From an uncultured Acidobacteriota bacterium (GTDB lineage Bacteria > Acidobacteriota > Vicinamibacteria > Vicinamibacterales > CAVVIG01): 64,000 bases of DNA. Both the position numbers and the translations under genes were made by a program. Shown one piece after another: positions 38,208 to 48,314 of the stretch (its first letter is position 1; each line of letters starts with the position of its first letter). The notes beneath the pieces are model-generated. The model had not been told where the DNA came from. It did no database searches and saw only the letters and a program-made list of their open reading frames with translations. The stretch spans positions 129,896 to 193,895 of the forward strand of contig CAVRLS010000013.1 of the NCBI GenBank assembly GCA_963722395.1, read 5' to 3'.

Positions 38208-40238
38208 CTAGACGTCGGCGCGCATGATGATGAAGGCTTCGAGTGCGCCCTCATCGGCTTGCGTGAACCTGATGCCCGCACGGATACCGGCTGGTACCCG
38301 TCCGGATGCGGGCTCCTTGCGCGCCCAGATCACTTCGCCGAGACAGAGAAGCGTGTGCGGGTCCTGCGGCAGTTGGACGCGCACGGCGTCACCGGCCTCG
38401 AGCGTCGCGGTGGTTCTGACGCCGCAGCCGCCAACCGACAGGTCGCACAGCACGCCCGCAACCCCGTTTACCTTGATGTCGATGCGCGACGTAAAGGTGT
38501 AGCGGGTCGAGAGGCGGACGCTCTCCCAGCCATCCTGGTCGAGGGTGATGGCCCCGTCACCCGACTCCTCGACCCGATCCTCGTCGAAGGTGAGCTCAGT
38601 CACCTCGCCGTCCTCATCGTCGGCCGCCTGTGCCTGCGCTCTGGCTGGTCCGGTGCGGGTGGTGGTGAGCTGCTGCCTGAGGTCCTCGAGTTCGCTCGAG
38701 GCCTCGGCGACGCGGCGCTCGGCGCCCGAGACCGCCTGTCGCAGATCGGCTGTGGTCATGCGCTCCGTGTCGAGCGCCAGGGAGAACGCGTCGCGCTCGC
38801 GTTCGACGATGGCGACGCGCTCGCCGGCCTCGATCGCCGCTTCCTCGGCGTGGGCCCGAGCCTGCTCGAGGGAAGCGAGGCGCTGCTGGACGGCGACGAG
38901 ATTGCTGTGGACACGTGCCGCGTCCTGTCTCGCCTGTTCGAGCTCAGCGTATTGGCGCTGCAGGTCGGCCGCGAACTGGCGCTCCTGGGCCAGCGCCTCC
39001 GCGGCAGCGTCGGCTGCGGCCTGCGCGGTCGAATGGGCCATGCGCAGATCCGCGGCGGGCTGCTCGGCGTCCGCTGCTGCCTGGAGCAGCGTGGCGACCG
39101 CCTGCTGTTCGCCCTCTGCCGCGGTGCTCCCCGCAGAAATGGCGTGCCGGAGGTCGGCTGCGACACTGCGTTCCGCGTCGAGCAGGTGAGTGAGCGAATC
39201 AACCTGTGCCAGCAGCTCGGCTCGGGCCTGCCGCTCCGTGGCCAGTTCCGCGGCGGCGCTGGCCACGGCAGCGCGCTGTGCCGCTTCGGCCTCCGCTGCC
39301 TGTGACAGCGCTCGCTCTGCGGCGTCCAGTTCGATGCGCAGGCGGTCCTGCTCTCTCGCGCGCTCGGCGAGTTGCGGCTCCTGCTGTCGCAGGCAGGCCT
39401 CCGCATACGAGCGTTGTTCCGCGGCCGTGCACGCCGCTGCCTGCTCGCGAGTTACGGTTTCGTGGGCCGCTTCCAGCTCGCGTTCCAGCGCCGCGATCCG
39501 GTCGCCGCTCACGGCACGCTCGGCATCGAGGGAGGTGACCGTGACACGGGTGGCGGTCAGTTGCTGCTCCACCTCCTCGACGCGCCGCTTAGCCTCGGCG
39601 AGTTGGCGTTCGAGCTCGCCCGCATGGACAGCCGATGTTTGCGCAGCAGCGAGTTGCCGCTCCAGGCTGGCCGCACGCTCGACGGCGTGGGTGCGTTCGA
39701 TTGCGGCGCGTTCGGCCGCGTCGCCCTCCTCCAGCACCCTGGCCTGCGCGTCGGTCACCTCGCGCTCGAGGCGCGTAATGGTGCGATTGAGAGCGCCACG
39801 CGAGGCGCGCTCAGCTTCGAGCAACTGTGTCTGCTCGCGCGCCGCCTGCAGGACGGCGTGCTTTTCGGTTTCGAGGAGGTCGAGCCGCGTCTGGACCCGA
39901 TCGAGGTTCTTGCGCAGTTCGGAGGCGAGCTTCCGCTCGGCTTCAACGGCGGCGAGGTTGCGGGCCTCGGCCTCGAGCATCGAGGCTTCACCGTCGCTCC
40001 TGATCTGGAGGCAGGCGCGGGTGGCGGCCGCCTGCGCTTCGGACGTGGCGAGGCGCGCCAGCTCGACGATGAGGCCGGTGAGCGAGGCGGCGCGCGACGG
40101 ATCGGCCAGGGCGGCGTCGAGCTCGGCGAGCCGGACGTCGATGGTCGCACGCAACGCATCAAGCTGTCGCTGGGCAGATTCGAGCAGGCGGACGCCTCCT
40201 GCATCGCGTCGCGTCTCCAGGCCGCTTGCCGCCTTCAT
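38208..40238 (-). CDS. large coiled-coil protein with C-terminal PilZ (c-di-GMP-binding) domain
   Basis: Intact 676 aa. About 570 aa of A/E/R/Q/L-rich heptad-like sequence. C-terminus WESVRLSTRYTFTSRIDIKVNGVAGVLCDLSVGGCGV carries the RxxxR and DxSxxG PilZ motifs. Confidence 0.75.
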   Translation of the reverse strand: MKAASGLETRRDAGGVRLLESAQRQLDALRATIDVRLAELDAALADPSRAASLTGLIVELARLATSEAQAAATRACLQIRSDGEASMLEAEARNLAAVEAERKLASELRKNLDRVQTRLDLLETEKHAVLQAAREQTQLLEAERASRGALNRTITRLEREVTDAQARVLEEGDAAERAAIERTHAVERAASLERQLAAAQTSAVHAGELERQLAEAKRRVEEVEQQLTATRVTVTSLDAERAVSGDRIAALERELEAAHETVTREQAAACTAAEQRSYAEACLRQQEPQLAERAREQDRLRIELDAAERALSQAAEAEAAQRAAVASAAAELATERQARAELLAQVDSLTHLLDAERSVAADLRHAISAGSTAAEGEQQAVATLLQAAADAEQPAADLRMAHSTAQAAADAAAEALAQERQFAADLQRQYAELEQARQDAARVHSNLVAVQQRLASLEQARAHAEEAAIEAGERVAIVERERDAFSLALDTERMTTADLRQAVSGAERRVAEASSELEDLRQQLTTTRTGPARAQAQAADDEDGEVTELTFDEDRVEESGDGAITLDQDGWESVRLSTRYTFTSRIDIKVNGVAGVLCDLSVGGCGVRTTATLEAGDAVRVQLPQDPHTLLCLGEVIWARKEPASGRVPAGIRAGIRFTQADEGALEAFIIMRADV

Positions 40239-40278
40239 CGTGTCGTGTATCGGCGTCTGACCGATAAACAGTTAGGAG

Positions 40279-41493
40279 ATGGAGAGTCAGGCGGACATCG
40301 TGGCTGCCGCGGAGACCCTGCGGACCTGGGTGCGAGGACAGCGCGCCTCGTGGACTGCAGGTGATGTGGCGGTAATGGAGCCGCGCGTGGCGATAATGGC
40401 GCCCGCGCCGCAGCCCACGCTGGCGCTTCCGGTGGCTGCACCTCCAGCTCCGGTCGCCGCGCCACTACCTGCGCCAGCGCCCGCCGCAGAGCCGTCCACC
40501 CAGTCCGAGCGGCCAGCCGCCTGGCCGTCGCCATCCTATCCGGGTGGTGCGACGGTCATTGTTGCGGAGATCTCGATCGTCGAGCGGACATGGTTCCGCG
40601 CCGCCCTCGCAGCGCTGCTGATCCTGTCGATCGGCGGCGGCTACATGGTCATGTCGCGCCGGGCGCCAGATGCCATCGGAGCGGCGGCGTTCGCATCGAC
40701 ACCCGACGGCTCCGAGGTGTTCGTCGACGGCGCACCTGTTGGACGCACACCGGTCCGCGTCGAGCTGACGGCCGGCACACACACGGTCGAGTTCACGATG
40801 AACGCCGCCACGCGCTCGCAGAAGATTGCCGTCGAGCAGGGCGGCGAAGTGCCGGTGATGGTGGACTGGCGGCAGAAGGCGATCGGCAGTCTCCAGGTGA
40901 ACTCCACGCCGACTGGTGCGAAGGTCAGCGTCGACGGCAAGCTGCGCGGGCAGACGCCGCTCACCCTGAGCGACCTGCCTGCCGGTTCGCACACCGTGCT
41001 TATCGACAGCAGCGAAGGCGCGGTGCGGCGCAGGGTCCAGGTATCCGAGGGCGTCACCGAAACGCTGACCGAGTCGATCTATCCCGGATGGCTCCACGTG
41101 TCGTCACCGATCGAGGTAACGATTCTCGACGCCGGCAAGCCGGCGCTTCTCGACGACAGCAACCGCGTGCTGCTCAAGCCGGGCGCCCACACCGTGCGCA
41201 TCGAGAACCGTGAACTGGCCTTCAGCCAGACACAGCGGGTGGAGATCGAGCCCGGCGGCACCACAAGGATTGCGATCGAGGTGCCGGCGTCGACGCTGAC
41301 GGTCACCGGATCGACCGGCGCCGAGGTATTCGTGGACGGCGTGAAGGCGGGCGAGACACCGCTGACCGAATTCACCGTGACGCTCGGCACGCACGACGTC
41401 ATGGTGGTCGACAGGTCCGGCGTCACGCGGCACGCGTCGGCGAAGGTCACCACGAAGCCGCTGCAGCTGGAAATCAGCGTCGAGCGGCCGTAG
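40279..41493 (+). CDS. membrane-anchored PEGA-domain repeat protein
   Basis: Intact 404 aa, RBS aggag. Pro/Ala-rich cytoplasmic N-terminus, TM (FRAALAALLILSIGGGYMVM), then repeated PEGA-like modules: STPDGSEVFVDGAPVGRTPV, STPTGAKVSVDGKLRGQTPL, TGAEVFVDGVKAGETPL. Confidence 0.75.
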   Translation: MESQADIVAAAETLRTWVRGQRASWTAGDVAVMEPRVAIMAPAPQPTLALPVAAPPAPVAAPLPAPAPAAEPSTQSERPAAWPSPSYPGGATVIVAEISIVERTWFRAALAALLILSIGGGYMVMSRRAPDAIGAAAFASTPDGSEVFVDGAPVGRTPVRVELTAGTHTVEFTMNAATRSQKIAVEQGGEVPVMVDWRQKAIGSLQVNSTPTGAKVSVDGKLRGQTPLTLSDLPAGSHTVLIDSSEGAVRRRVQVSEGVTETLTESIYPGWLHVSSPIEVTILDAGKPALLDDSNRVLLKPGAHTVRIENRELAFSQTQRVEIEPGGTTRIAIEVPASTLTVTGSTGAEVFVDGVKAGETPLTEFTVTLGTHDVMVVDRSGVTRHASAKVTTKPLQLEISVERP

Positions 41494-41639
41494 GCCGCGC
41501 GTCAGTGTCGCCCCGGCCGCACAGGGTCGCTTCGGGACGAAGTATGTCGCGCGATGGCGAGCAGATGACGTAACCTTGCGGCCACTGGTTGTCCGCCTGT
41601 GGCGGGCCGCTACGCCCACGTTCACAGGAGGTTCCGCGC

Positions 41640-42197
41640 ATGATTCGCACCACCACCGCTCTCGTCCTCGGCTCACTGGCTCTCGCCGGCAGCGCGTTCG
41701 CACAGGCACCCGCGTCGGCCGATCCCTACGCGGCCATCGTCGCCGCCGCTCCGCTCAACCAGCGCGAAGGCGCCACGGTCATCAAGTGGAAGCCGGACTT
41801 CACCTACGACACCCTGAAGAAGGGCACGAACCGCACGGTCTGCTACGACCGGTCGGGTTTTCCGCTGCAGCAGGCGTATTCGATGGAGTGCACGAGCATT
41901 GCGAACCTCGATCGCGTCGCGCAGAACCTGAAGGCTGAAGCAACCGGCGACAAAGCGAAATCCGAAGCGATGCTGGCCGACATGGAGAAGAACGGCACGC
42001 GCGTGAAGCCGGAGTACGGCTCCGTCTGGTTCCACATGAGGGGACCGGACAAGGATCACGTGCGTCAGCACATGACCGTTGCCCTCCCGGGCGCGACCAC
42101 GGCAACCACCGGCCTTCCCGACAAGGCAACCCAGGGCGGCGCGTGGATCATGAACGCCGGCACGAGCACCGCGCACCTGATGGTGCCTGGAGAATAG
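41640..42197 (+). CDS. secreted hypothetical protein
   Basis: RBS caggagg. MIRTTTALVLGSLALAGSAFAQAP signal peptide. 185 aa, no family recognised. Confidence 0.5.
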   Translation: MIRTTTALVLGSLALAGSAFAQAPASADPYAAIVAAAPLNQREGATVIKWKPDFTYDTLKKGTNRTVCYDRSGFPLQQAYSMECTSIANLDRVAQNLKAEATGDKAKSEAMLADMEKNGTRVKPEYGSVWFHMRGPDKDHVRQHMTVALPGATTATTGLPDKATQGGAWIMNAGTSTAHLMVPGE

Positions 42198-42264
42198 TCG
42201 CACGTCACACGTCTGAAGCGGAGGTCCGGACTCTCGTCCGGCTTCCGCTCCAACCCGAGCCGCC

Positions 42265-44175
42265 ATGACTGCCCACCTCGGCGCCGCCGTCGCTCTTGCC
42301 ACTGCCATCGTCGCTGCGCTTGCAACTGCGGTCCAGGTAGATCCGTGCGAGCTCACCTACACGCCGATCTATCACATTCAGGGCAGCGGCCCGAGTGTCG
42401 CGCTGACCGGGACGCAGACTACGAAGGGTGTCGTGGTGGCCGACTACGAAGGCGCAAGCCCGGCGTTGCGCGGCTTTTTCATCCAGGATCTCGTCGGAGA
42501 CGGCAACCCGGCAACCTCTGACGGTCTCTTCGTCTTCGAGGGCTCGAACGCGAACACGGTTCGCATCGGCGACATCGTTCGCGTCACGGGTGCCGCCGGC
42601 GAGAATCAGGGACAGTCGCAGATCAGCGTCGGCACGATCACGGCGTGCGGCGTCGGGTCGGTTTCGCCCGTCGACGTGCGGCTGCCGCTGGCCTCCCCGG
42701 AGGCGCTCGAGGCGTACGAGGGCATGCTCGTTCGTTTCCCCCAGACACTGACGGTGACAGAGCACTTCCAACTGGGGCGGTTCGGCCAGGTGACGCTGTC
42801 GAACGGCCGGCTCCAGCACCCAACCGCTGTCGTAGCGCCCGGCGCGCAGGCGCAGGCCATGCACGCACGGAACGACCTGAACCAGATCATCGTCGATGAT
42901 GGGTCGCAGGCACAAAATCCCGATCCGCTGATCTTCGGCCGCGGCGGCAACCTGCTATCGGCCACGAACACCCTCCGCGGCGGCGACACCGCGACGGGCG
43001 TCGTCGGCGTCCTGACCTACACGTGGGGCGGCAACAGCGTCAGCCCCAGCGCCTATCGTCTCCGTCCGGTGAATGCGCTTGGCGGCACCGTGACATTCGT
43101 GGCTGGCAACCCGCGCCCTGCCGCGGCGCCGGACGTCGGCGGTCCGGTGCGCGTGGTCGGCATGAACCTGCTGAACTTCTTCAACACGTTCGATGGCTTG
43201 CCCGACACCGTCGACAACTGCCGCACCGGAGCGAACGGCGCGAGCACCAACTGCCGCGGCGCCGACACCCAGGCGGAGTTCGACCGCCAGTGGCCCAAGA
43301 CGGTGGCAGCCATCGCAGCGATGCATGCTGACGTGATCGGCGTGAACGAAATAGAGAACGACGGCTACGGTCCGGCCAGCGCGCTGCACTTCCTCGTCGA
43401 CAGGCTGAACGCCGCGACCGAACCTGGCACCTATGCCTTCATCGACGTGGACGCGCGCACCGGGCAGGTGAACGCCATGGGCACGGACGCCATCCGCGTG
43501 GCGATGCTGTACAAGCCGGCGGTGGTGACACCGGCCGGCGCCACGGCGACGCTCAACAGCTCGGCGTTCGTCACCGGCGGCGACAGCGCCGAGCGCAACC
43601 GCGCCTCGCTGGCACAGGCATTCACGGTGAACAGCAGCGGGGCAACCTTCATCCTCAACGTCAATCACCTCAAGAGCAAGGGGTCGGCGTGCGACGCGCC
43701 CGACGCGGGCGACGGCCAGGGCAACTGCGCCCAGGTGCGGGTGAACGCCGCGAACGCGCTCGCGGCCTGGCTGGCGTCCGATCCGACCCGCACCGGCGAC
43801 CCCGATGTGCTGATGGTGGGCGACTACAACTCGTATGCGCAGGAAGACCCGATTACGGCGTTGAAGCGTCGCGGCTTCACAAACCTGATCGAATCCGTGC
43901 TCGGTTCCCGCGCCTACTCGTATGTGTTCGGCGGGGAGTGGGGATACCTCGACTACGCGCTGGCGTCGGCGTCGCTCGTGCCGCAGGTGAGCGGCGTCGC
44001 CGAGTACCACATCAACAGCGACGAGCCGAGCGTGCTCGACTACAACACGGACTTCAAGTCGCCGGGACAGGTTGTCAGCCTCTACGCGCCCGACGCGTTC
44101 CGCATCTCGGACCACGACCCTGTGGTGGTCGGTCTCACCCTCACCGCAGCACGACGATCTGCCGACCCCCGCTAG
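42265..44175 (+). CDS. ExeM/NucH-family extracellular endonuclease (EEP fold)
   Basis: Intact 636 aa with a signal peptide. IYHIQGSGPSV..GVVVADYEG....GFFIQD, GENQGQSQISV, VVGMNLLNFFNT, VIGVNEIENDG, NHLKSKGS, MVGDYNSYAQEDP, YLDYALAS, SDHDPVVVGL. Confidence 0.8.
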   Translation: MTAHLGAAVALATAIVAALATAVQVDPCELTYTPIYHIQGSGPSVALTGTQTTKGVVVADYEGASPALRGFFIQDLVGDGNPATSDGLFVFEGSNANTVRIGDIVRVTGAAGENQGQSQISVGTITACGVGSVSPVDVRLPLASPEALEAYEGMLVRFPQTLTVTEHFQLGRFGQVTLSNGRLQHPTAVVAPGAQAQAMHARNDLNQIIVDDGSQAQNPDPLIFGRGGNLLSATNTLRGGDTATGVVGVLTYTWGGNSVSPSAYRLRPVNALGGTVTFVAGNPRPAAAPDVGGPVRVVGMNLLNFFNTFDGLPDTVDNCRTGANGASTNCRGADTQAEFDRQWPKTVAAIAAMHADVIGVNEIENDGYGPASALHFLVDRLNAATEPGTYAFIDVDARTGQVNAMGTDAIRVAMLYKPAVVTPAGATATLNSSAFVTGGDSAERNRASLAQAFTVNSSGATFILNVNHLKSKGSACDAPDAGDGQGNCAQVRVNAANALAAWLASDPTRTGDPDVLMVGDYNSYAQEDPITALKRRGFTNLIESVLGSRAYSYVFGGEWGYLDYALASASLVPQVSGVAEYHINSDEPSVLDYNTDFKSPGQVVSLYAPDAFRISDHDPVVVGLTLTAARRSADPR

Positions 44176-45929
44176 CTGGTTCGATGATGGTGGAGCAGCA
44201 GGTCGAGGGCATCGCTCATCGAGCCGGCGCGGGTGATCTCGCCAGCGTTGATGAAGAAGATCTCGTCGGCGTTCTCGATGGTGTTCAGCCGGTGGGCAAT
44301 CACCACCTTCGTCGTGCGGGCGGGCAGTTCGCGCAGGATCTGCTCGAGTAACTGCTCGGTCACTGTGTCGATGTTCGCCGTCGCCTCGTCGAGGATCAGG
44401 ATTTCGGGCTCGCGCAACACGGCGCGCATGAAGGCGATGAGCTGCTTCTGCCCGAGGCTCACGCCCTCGCCTCCCGCCGTCACCTCGGTGCCGAGCCCCT
44501 GCTCGAAGCGGGAGAGCAGGCCGTCGAAGTTCTTCGACGCCAGTAGCGCCGTGAGCTGGTCTTCGGGCAGCTGCTGCAGTGTCTCGCTGCCATAGACGAT
44601 GTTGTCGCGGATGGTGCCGGTGAAGAGGAACGGCTCCTGGAGGATGAAGCCGATCCGTTTCGCACGCTCCTCCGGGGTAAACGTGCGGATGTCGCGGCCG
44701 TCGAGCAGCACGCGCCCAGCGGTGGGGTCGTACAGACGTGCCATCAGCGAGGCGGTGGTTGTCTTGCCGCCGCCGGTCGGGCCGACCAGGGCGTAGGTCT
44801 TGCCGTGCTCCAGCGTGAACGTGGCATCACGCAGCACCAGTCGGTCGCTGGTGTAGCCGAATTGCACGTGGTCGAAGGTCATCACGGCGTGGTCGTCGCC
44901 AGGCTCCGGTGGCAACTGCGGCAAATTCGACTCCAGTGCGAGCACTGCCGAGATGCGGTCGAAGCTGGCCATCGCCAGCTGGAACGACGACCAGACGGCG
45001 GCGAGCTGCCGCATCGGCATGTAGAAGCTGTTGACGTAGAGCAGGAAGCCGATGAGCAGGCCGATCGAGAACTGGCCCGCGGTAATCAACTGGAAGCTGT
45101 AGGCCAGCACGATCAGCTGTGCGCTGGTCATCGCGAGGCCGTAGAGCGGCATGAACACCGTATTCGCCACGCCTGCACGCAATGAGGCGGCGTAGTTCCG
45201 CTCGTTGGCGGCGGTGAACTGCTGCTGGAAGTAGTCGACGCGGTTGAACGCGACGATGACCCGGAAGTTGCTCATGCTCTCCTGGATCTCGCCGCTGAGC
45301 GCGCCCAGCGACTGCAGACCGGCCGCATTGCGTGCCTTCACCATCGGCCCGGTGGCGCGGGTGATGAGGAATACCACCGCCGCCGGCACCAGCGCGGCAA
45401 GGCCGAGGCGCACGTTGAGCGACACCAGGAACAGGGCAGCGCCGGCCATCAGGAACAGGTTCGCCGCCAGCTGCACGAGCATCTGCGCGAAGAAGACGTT
45501 CAGCTTGTCGGTGTCGTTGTTGATGCGGGAGATGAGGTCGCCCGCCTTGTTCTGGTTGAAGAAGTCGAGCGGCAGCTGCTGCAGCTTGGTGAAGATGGCG
45601 TTGCGCAGGTTGAACAGCACCCGCCGGCCGACCATGCCCATCTGCAACGTCTGCACGTAGGTGGCGGCGAGGCCGATGACGTAGGCCACCAGCAGCAGGC
45701 CGGCCGACCGCAGCACACCTGCGAAGTCGCCGGTGCGGATATAGGTATCCACCGTGTGGCCGATGAGCCACGGCGCGACGAGCGCCGCCACCGACGCGAC
45801 GATCGTCGCCACGAAGGCCGCGATCATGCTCCGCTGCTGTCCGTCCATGACCGGCGCGAGGCGGCGCAGCGCGGCCATCACGGACGGAGTGGCCTGATTG
45901 TCGCCGCCGCTAAGCCTGTACGGATTCAT
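44172..45929 (-). CDS. ABC exporter half-transporter (TMD-NBD), second subunit of a heterodimer pair
   Basis: Intact 585 aa. Walker A LVGPTGGGKTTTASLM, LSLGQKQLIAFMRAVL, ILILDEATANID, VVIAHRL. An alternative start at 45878 would remove the 20-nt overlap. Confidence 0.85.
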   Translation of the reverse strand: MNPYRLSGGDNQATPSVMAALRRLAPVMDGQQRSMIAAFVATIVASVAALVAPWLIGHTVDTYIRTGDFAGVLRSAGLLLVAYVIGLAATYVQTLQMGMVGRRVLFNLRNAIFTKLQQLPLDFFNQNKAGDLISRINNDTDKLNVFFAQMLVQLAANLFLMAGAALFLVSLNVRLGLAALVPAAVVFLITRATGPMVKARNAAGLQSLGALSGEIQESMSNFRVIVAFNRVDYFQQQFTAANERNYAASLRAGVANTVFMPLYGLAMTSAQLIVLAYSFQLITAGQFSIGLLIGFLLYVNSFYMPMRQLAAVWSSFQLAMASFDRISAVLALESNLPQLPPEPGDDHAVMTFDHVQFGYTSDRLVLRDATFTLEHGKTYALVGPTGGGKTTTASLMARLYDPTAGRVLLDGRDIRTFTPEERAKRIGFILQEPFLFTGTIRDNIVYGSETLQQLPEDQLTALLASKNFDGLLSRFEQGLGTEVTAGGEGVSLGQKQLIAFMRAVLREPEILILDEATANIDTVTEQLLEQILRELPARTTKVVIAHRLNTIENADEIFFINAGEITRAGSMSDALDLLLHHHRTS

Positions 45930-47664
45930 AGTGCTGCGTGCTCCGCTGCGAGTCGTAGATCTGGACGTATTCCGGGCAGGTGTCCATCAGCTCGGCGTGC
46001 GTGCCCGACGCCAGCACTTCGCCTTCCATGAGCAGCACGATCTGATCGTAGTGCTCGACCGGAGCAGTCTTCTGCGTGACCGACAGCAGCGTCAGTGCGG
46101 GGTAGTTCGCCTGGACGTTGTCGAGAATTTTCCGTTCGGTGGCGGTGTCGACGCGCGCCGTGAAGTCGTCGAGCAGCAGCACGCGCGGGTTCAGCGCCAG
46201 CGCGCGCGCCAGCATGATGCGCTGCTTCTGCCCGCCCGACAGGCTGGTGCCGCGCTCCGATACCACCGTGTCGAGTCCCTGTGGCAGCGAGGCGACGAAG
46301 TCGGTCAGCTCCGCCGTCGCGATGGCCGTGGCGAGGTCCTCGTTGCGCACGGTCTTCGAGAACCCGATATTCTCGCGCAGCGTCAGGTTGAACATCGTCG
46401 CGTCCTGGAAGACGAAGCCGACCTGCTGGTGCAGCGTCTCCTTGTCGTAGTCGCCGAGCGGCCGGCCGTCGTAGGTGATGCGTCCCGCATCGGGCGCGAC
46501 GAGCCCGGTGAGCAGGTAGAGCAGCTGCGTCTTGCCCGCCGCCGTCGGTCCGATGATCGCGGTGCGGGTGCCGGCCTTGACGCTGATCGAGACGTCCTTC
46601 AGGGCTTTCTTCTCACCGAACGACAGCGTGACGCCTTCGATGGCAAGGTCGCCGTGCAGCGTCGTCTTCAGCGTGCCGGACGAGAGCGGCGAGGGCGCCG
46701 TCAGCACCTGTGCGATGCGGCCGTACGAAGCGCCCGCCTGCGCCATGACGTTGGTCATGAACCCGATGAGGATGACCGGGAAGATGAGGATGGCGAGGTA
46801 GCTGTTGAAGGCCGTGAAGTCGCCGAGCGACATGACGCCGCCGATCACGAACCGGCCGCCAAGCGTCAGGATGGCGAGCGTCGCCAGGTTCGTGCAGAAC
46901 ATGATGATGGGAATGAGGCTGGCGAACAGCCGCAGGATGCCGAGGCCGATATCACGAGACTTCGTGTTGGCCGCCAGGAACTTGTCGTACTCATTGTGCT
47001 GCGAGTTCACGAGGCGAATCAGGGCAGCGCCGAGGATGCTCTCGTTGATCACCTTGTTCAGCCAGTCGACCGCCTTCTGTGCCTGGCTGAAGAGCGTCCG
47101 CACGCGCCCCAGCACGACGCGGAAGGCGACGGCGATGACCGGCAGCACCGCCAGCACGGCCAGCCCGAGTGTCCAGTTGATTGACAGCAGCAGGATGCTG
47201 GCGCCGATGATCAGCACGACCGACGACACGATCGACCCGACCGCCTGCGATACGAACAGCTTCACGGCGTCGACATCCGACGTCAGGTTCGTGAGCAGCG
47301 TGGCGGTGGTGGTTCGCTGGATGTAGGCCACATCCTGCGTCGCCAGCCTGGCGACGATGCGGGTGCGGAGGTCTCGCGCCACACGCTCGGAGGCCAGCGT
47401 CTGCGCGATGTTCTGGCCGTAGGAGAGCACGAAGATGCCGAGGGCCACGGCAATGAACTCGACCACCAGCCCCCCCGGCACCGTACCGCTGGCGGCGAAC
47501 GTATCGATGGCCCTCGCGATGAGCTGCGGCACGACCAGGTTGAGGCCGTTGGCGGCAATGGTGAGGCCGACGATGGTTGCGACGGTGCCGCGATACGGCG
47601 TCAGGAGTGGGAACAGGCTTGGACCCGGCGTGCCGCGCCTGCGAGCAGGAGAGTGTTCAGCCAC
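45910..47664 (-). CDS. ABC exporter half-transporter (TMD-NBD), first subunit
   Basis: Intact 584 aa. Walker A IIGPTAAGKTQLLYLL, LSGGQKQRIMLARAL, LLLDDFTARVD, LLSVTQK. Confidence 0.85.
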   Translation of the reverse strand: MAEHSPARRRGTPGPSLFPLLTPYRGTVATIVGLTIAANGLNLVVPQLIARAIDTFAASGTVPGGLVVEFIAVALGIFVLSYGQNIAQTLASERVARDLRTRIVARLATQDVAYIQRTTTATLLTNLTSDVDAVKLFVSQAVGSIVSSVVLIIGASILLLSINWTLGLAVLAVLPVIAVAFRVVLGRVRTLFSQAQKAVDWLNKVINESILGAALIRLVNSQHNEYDKFLAANTKSRDIGLGILRLFASLIPIIMFCTNLATLAILTLGGRFVIGGVMSLGDFTAFNSYLAILIFPVILIGFMTNVMAQAGASYGRIAQVLTAPSPLSSGTLKTTLHGDLAIEGVTLSFGEKKALKDVSISVKAGTRTAIIGPTAAGKTQLLYLLTGLVAPDAGRITYDGRPLGDYDKETLHQQVGFVFQDATMFNLTLRENIGFSKTVRNEDLATAIATAELTDFVASLPQGLDTVVSERGTSLSGGQKQRIMLARALALNPRVLLLDDFTARVDTATERKILDNVQANYPALTLLSVTQKTAPVEHYDQIVLLMEGEVLASGTHAELMDTCPEYVQIYDSQRSTQHYESVQA

Positions 47665-47811
47665 AGAGGGCTAGTGTCCCACAAGACGGGCTGGTAGTTA
47701 GTACTCCGAACGGTGAAGGCGTCGCCAGCTGCCTCGAGCTGGGCTGGTCCGATCGCGACACGCTTGTAACCGCCGCGTGTGGGGAGTAGCCTCGGGTTCC
47801 TGAGGTGTGAC

Positions 47812-48237
47812 ATGAGGACCATCCGCGACGTCATGCGTCCGTTCTTCCTCTACCGGCTTGTGCCGGCCGCGTCCGTGTCCGAGGCTGTCCGCCTGATGGC
47901 AGACAACAACATCGGTATCGTCGCCGTCATCGAGGGCGACGCGCTGGTGGGGGTCCTGTCCGAGCGCGATGTCGTTCAGCGAGTGGTGGCACGCGGGCTC
48001 GACCCGCGCACAACGGCAGTGGCCGACGTGATGACGAGCGAGGTCGTGCTCGGCGATGAGCACGAGGACTGCCGGCTGGCGATGCTGAAGATGGATCGCG
48101 CCAACATCCGCCATCTGCCGATCGTCAGGGATGGGCGGGTGGTGTCGATGCTGTCCGTGCGCGATCTGATGCGGGCGGAGCTGGCAGAGGCGGGGAGCGA
48201 ACTGGAGTTCCTGCGCGCGTATCTGTCTCAGGGATAG
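47812..48237 (+). CDS. CBS-pair domain protein
   Basis: MRTIRDVM..., two CBS-like repeats (NNIGIVAVIEGDALVGVLSERDVV; ANIRHLPIVRDGRVVSMLSVRDLM). Confidence 0.75.
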   Translation: MRTIRDVMRPFFLYRLVPAASVSEAVRLMADNNIGIVAVIEGDALVGVLSERDVVQRVVARGLDPRTTAVADVMTSEVVLGDEHEDCRLAMLKMDRANIRHLPIVRDGRVVSMLSVRDLMRAELAEAGSELEFLRAYLSQG

Positions 48238-48240
48238 AGA

Positions 48241-48310
48241 GTGCAGATTGCAGAGTGCTGGTTGCTGATTGCTCTTCGAATCAACAATGTGCACTCTGCA
48301 ACCTGCACTC
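48241..48310. repeat. inverted pair of heptamer arrays (GTGCAGA/TTGCAGA/.. vs TGCACTC/TGCAACC/TGCACTC)
   Basis: Five 7-nt units at 48241-48275 and three inverted units at 48290-48310. The 18-nt arms gtgcagattgcagagtgc and gcactctgcaacctgcac are complementary with one mismatch. Lies between convergent genes. Confidence 0.7.
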
Positions 48311-48314
48311 GTCA

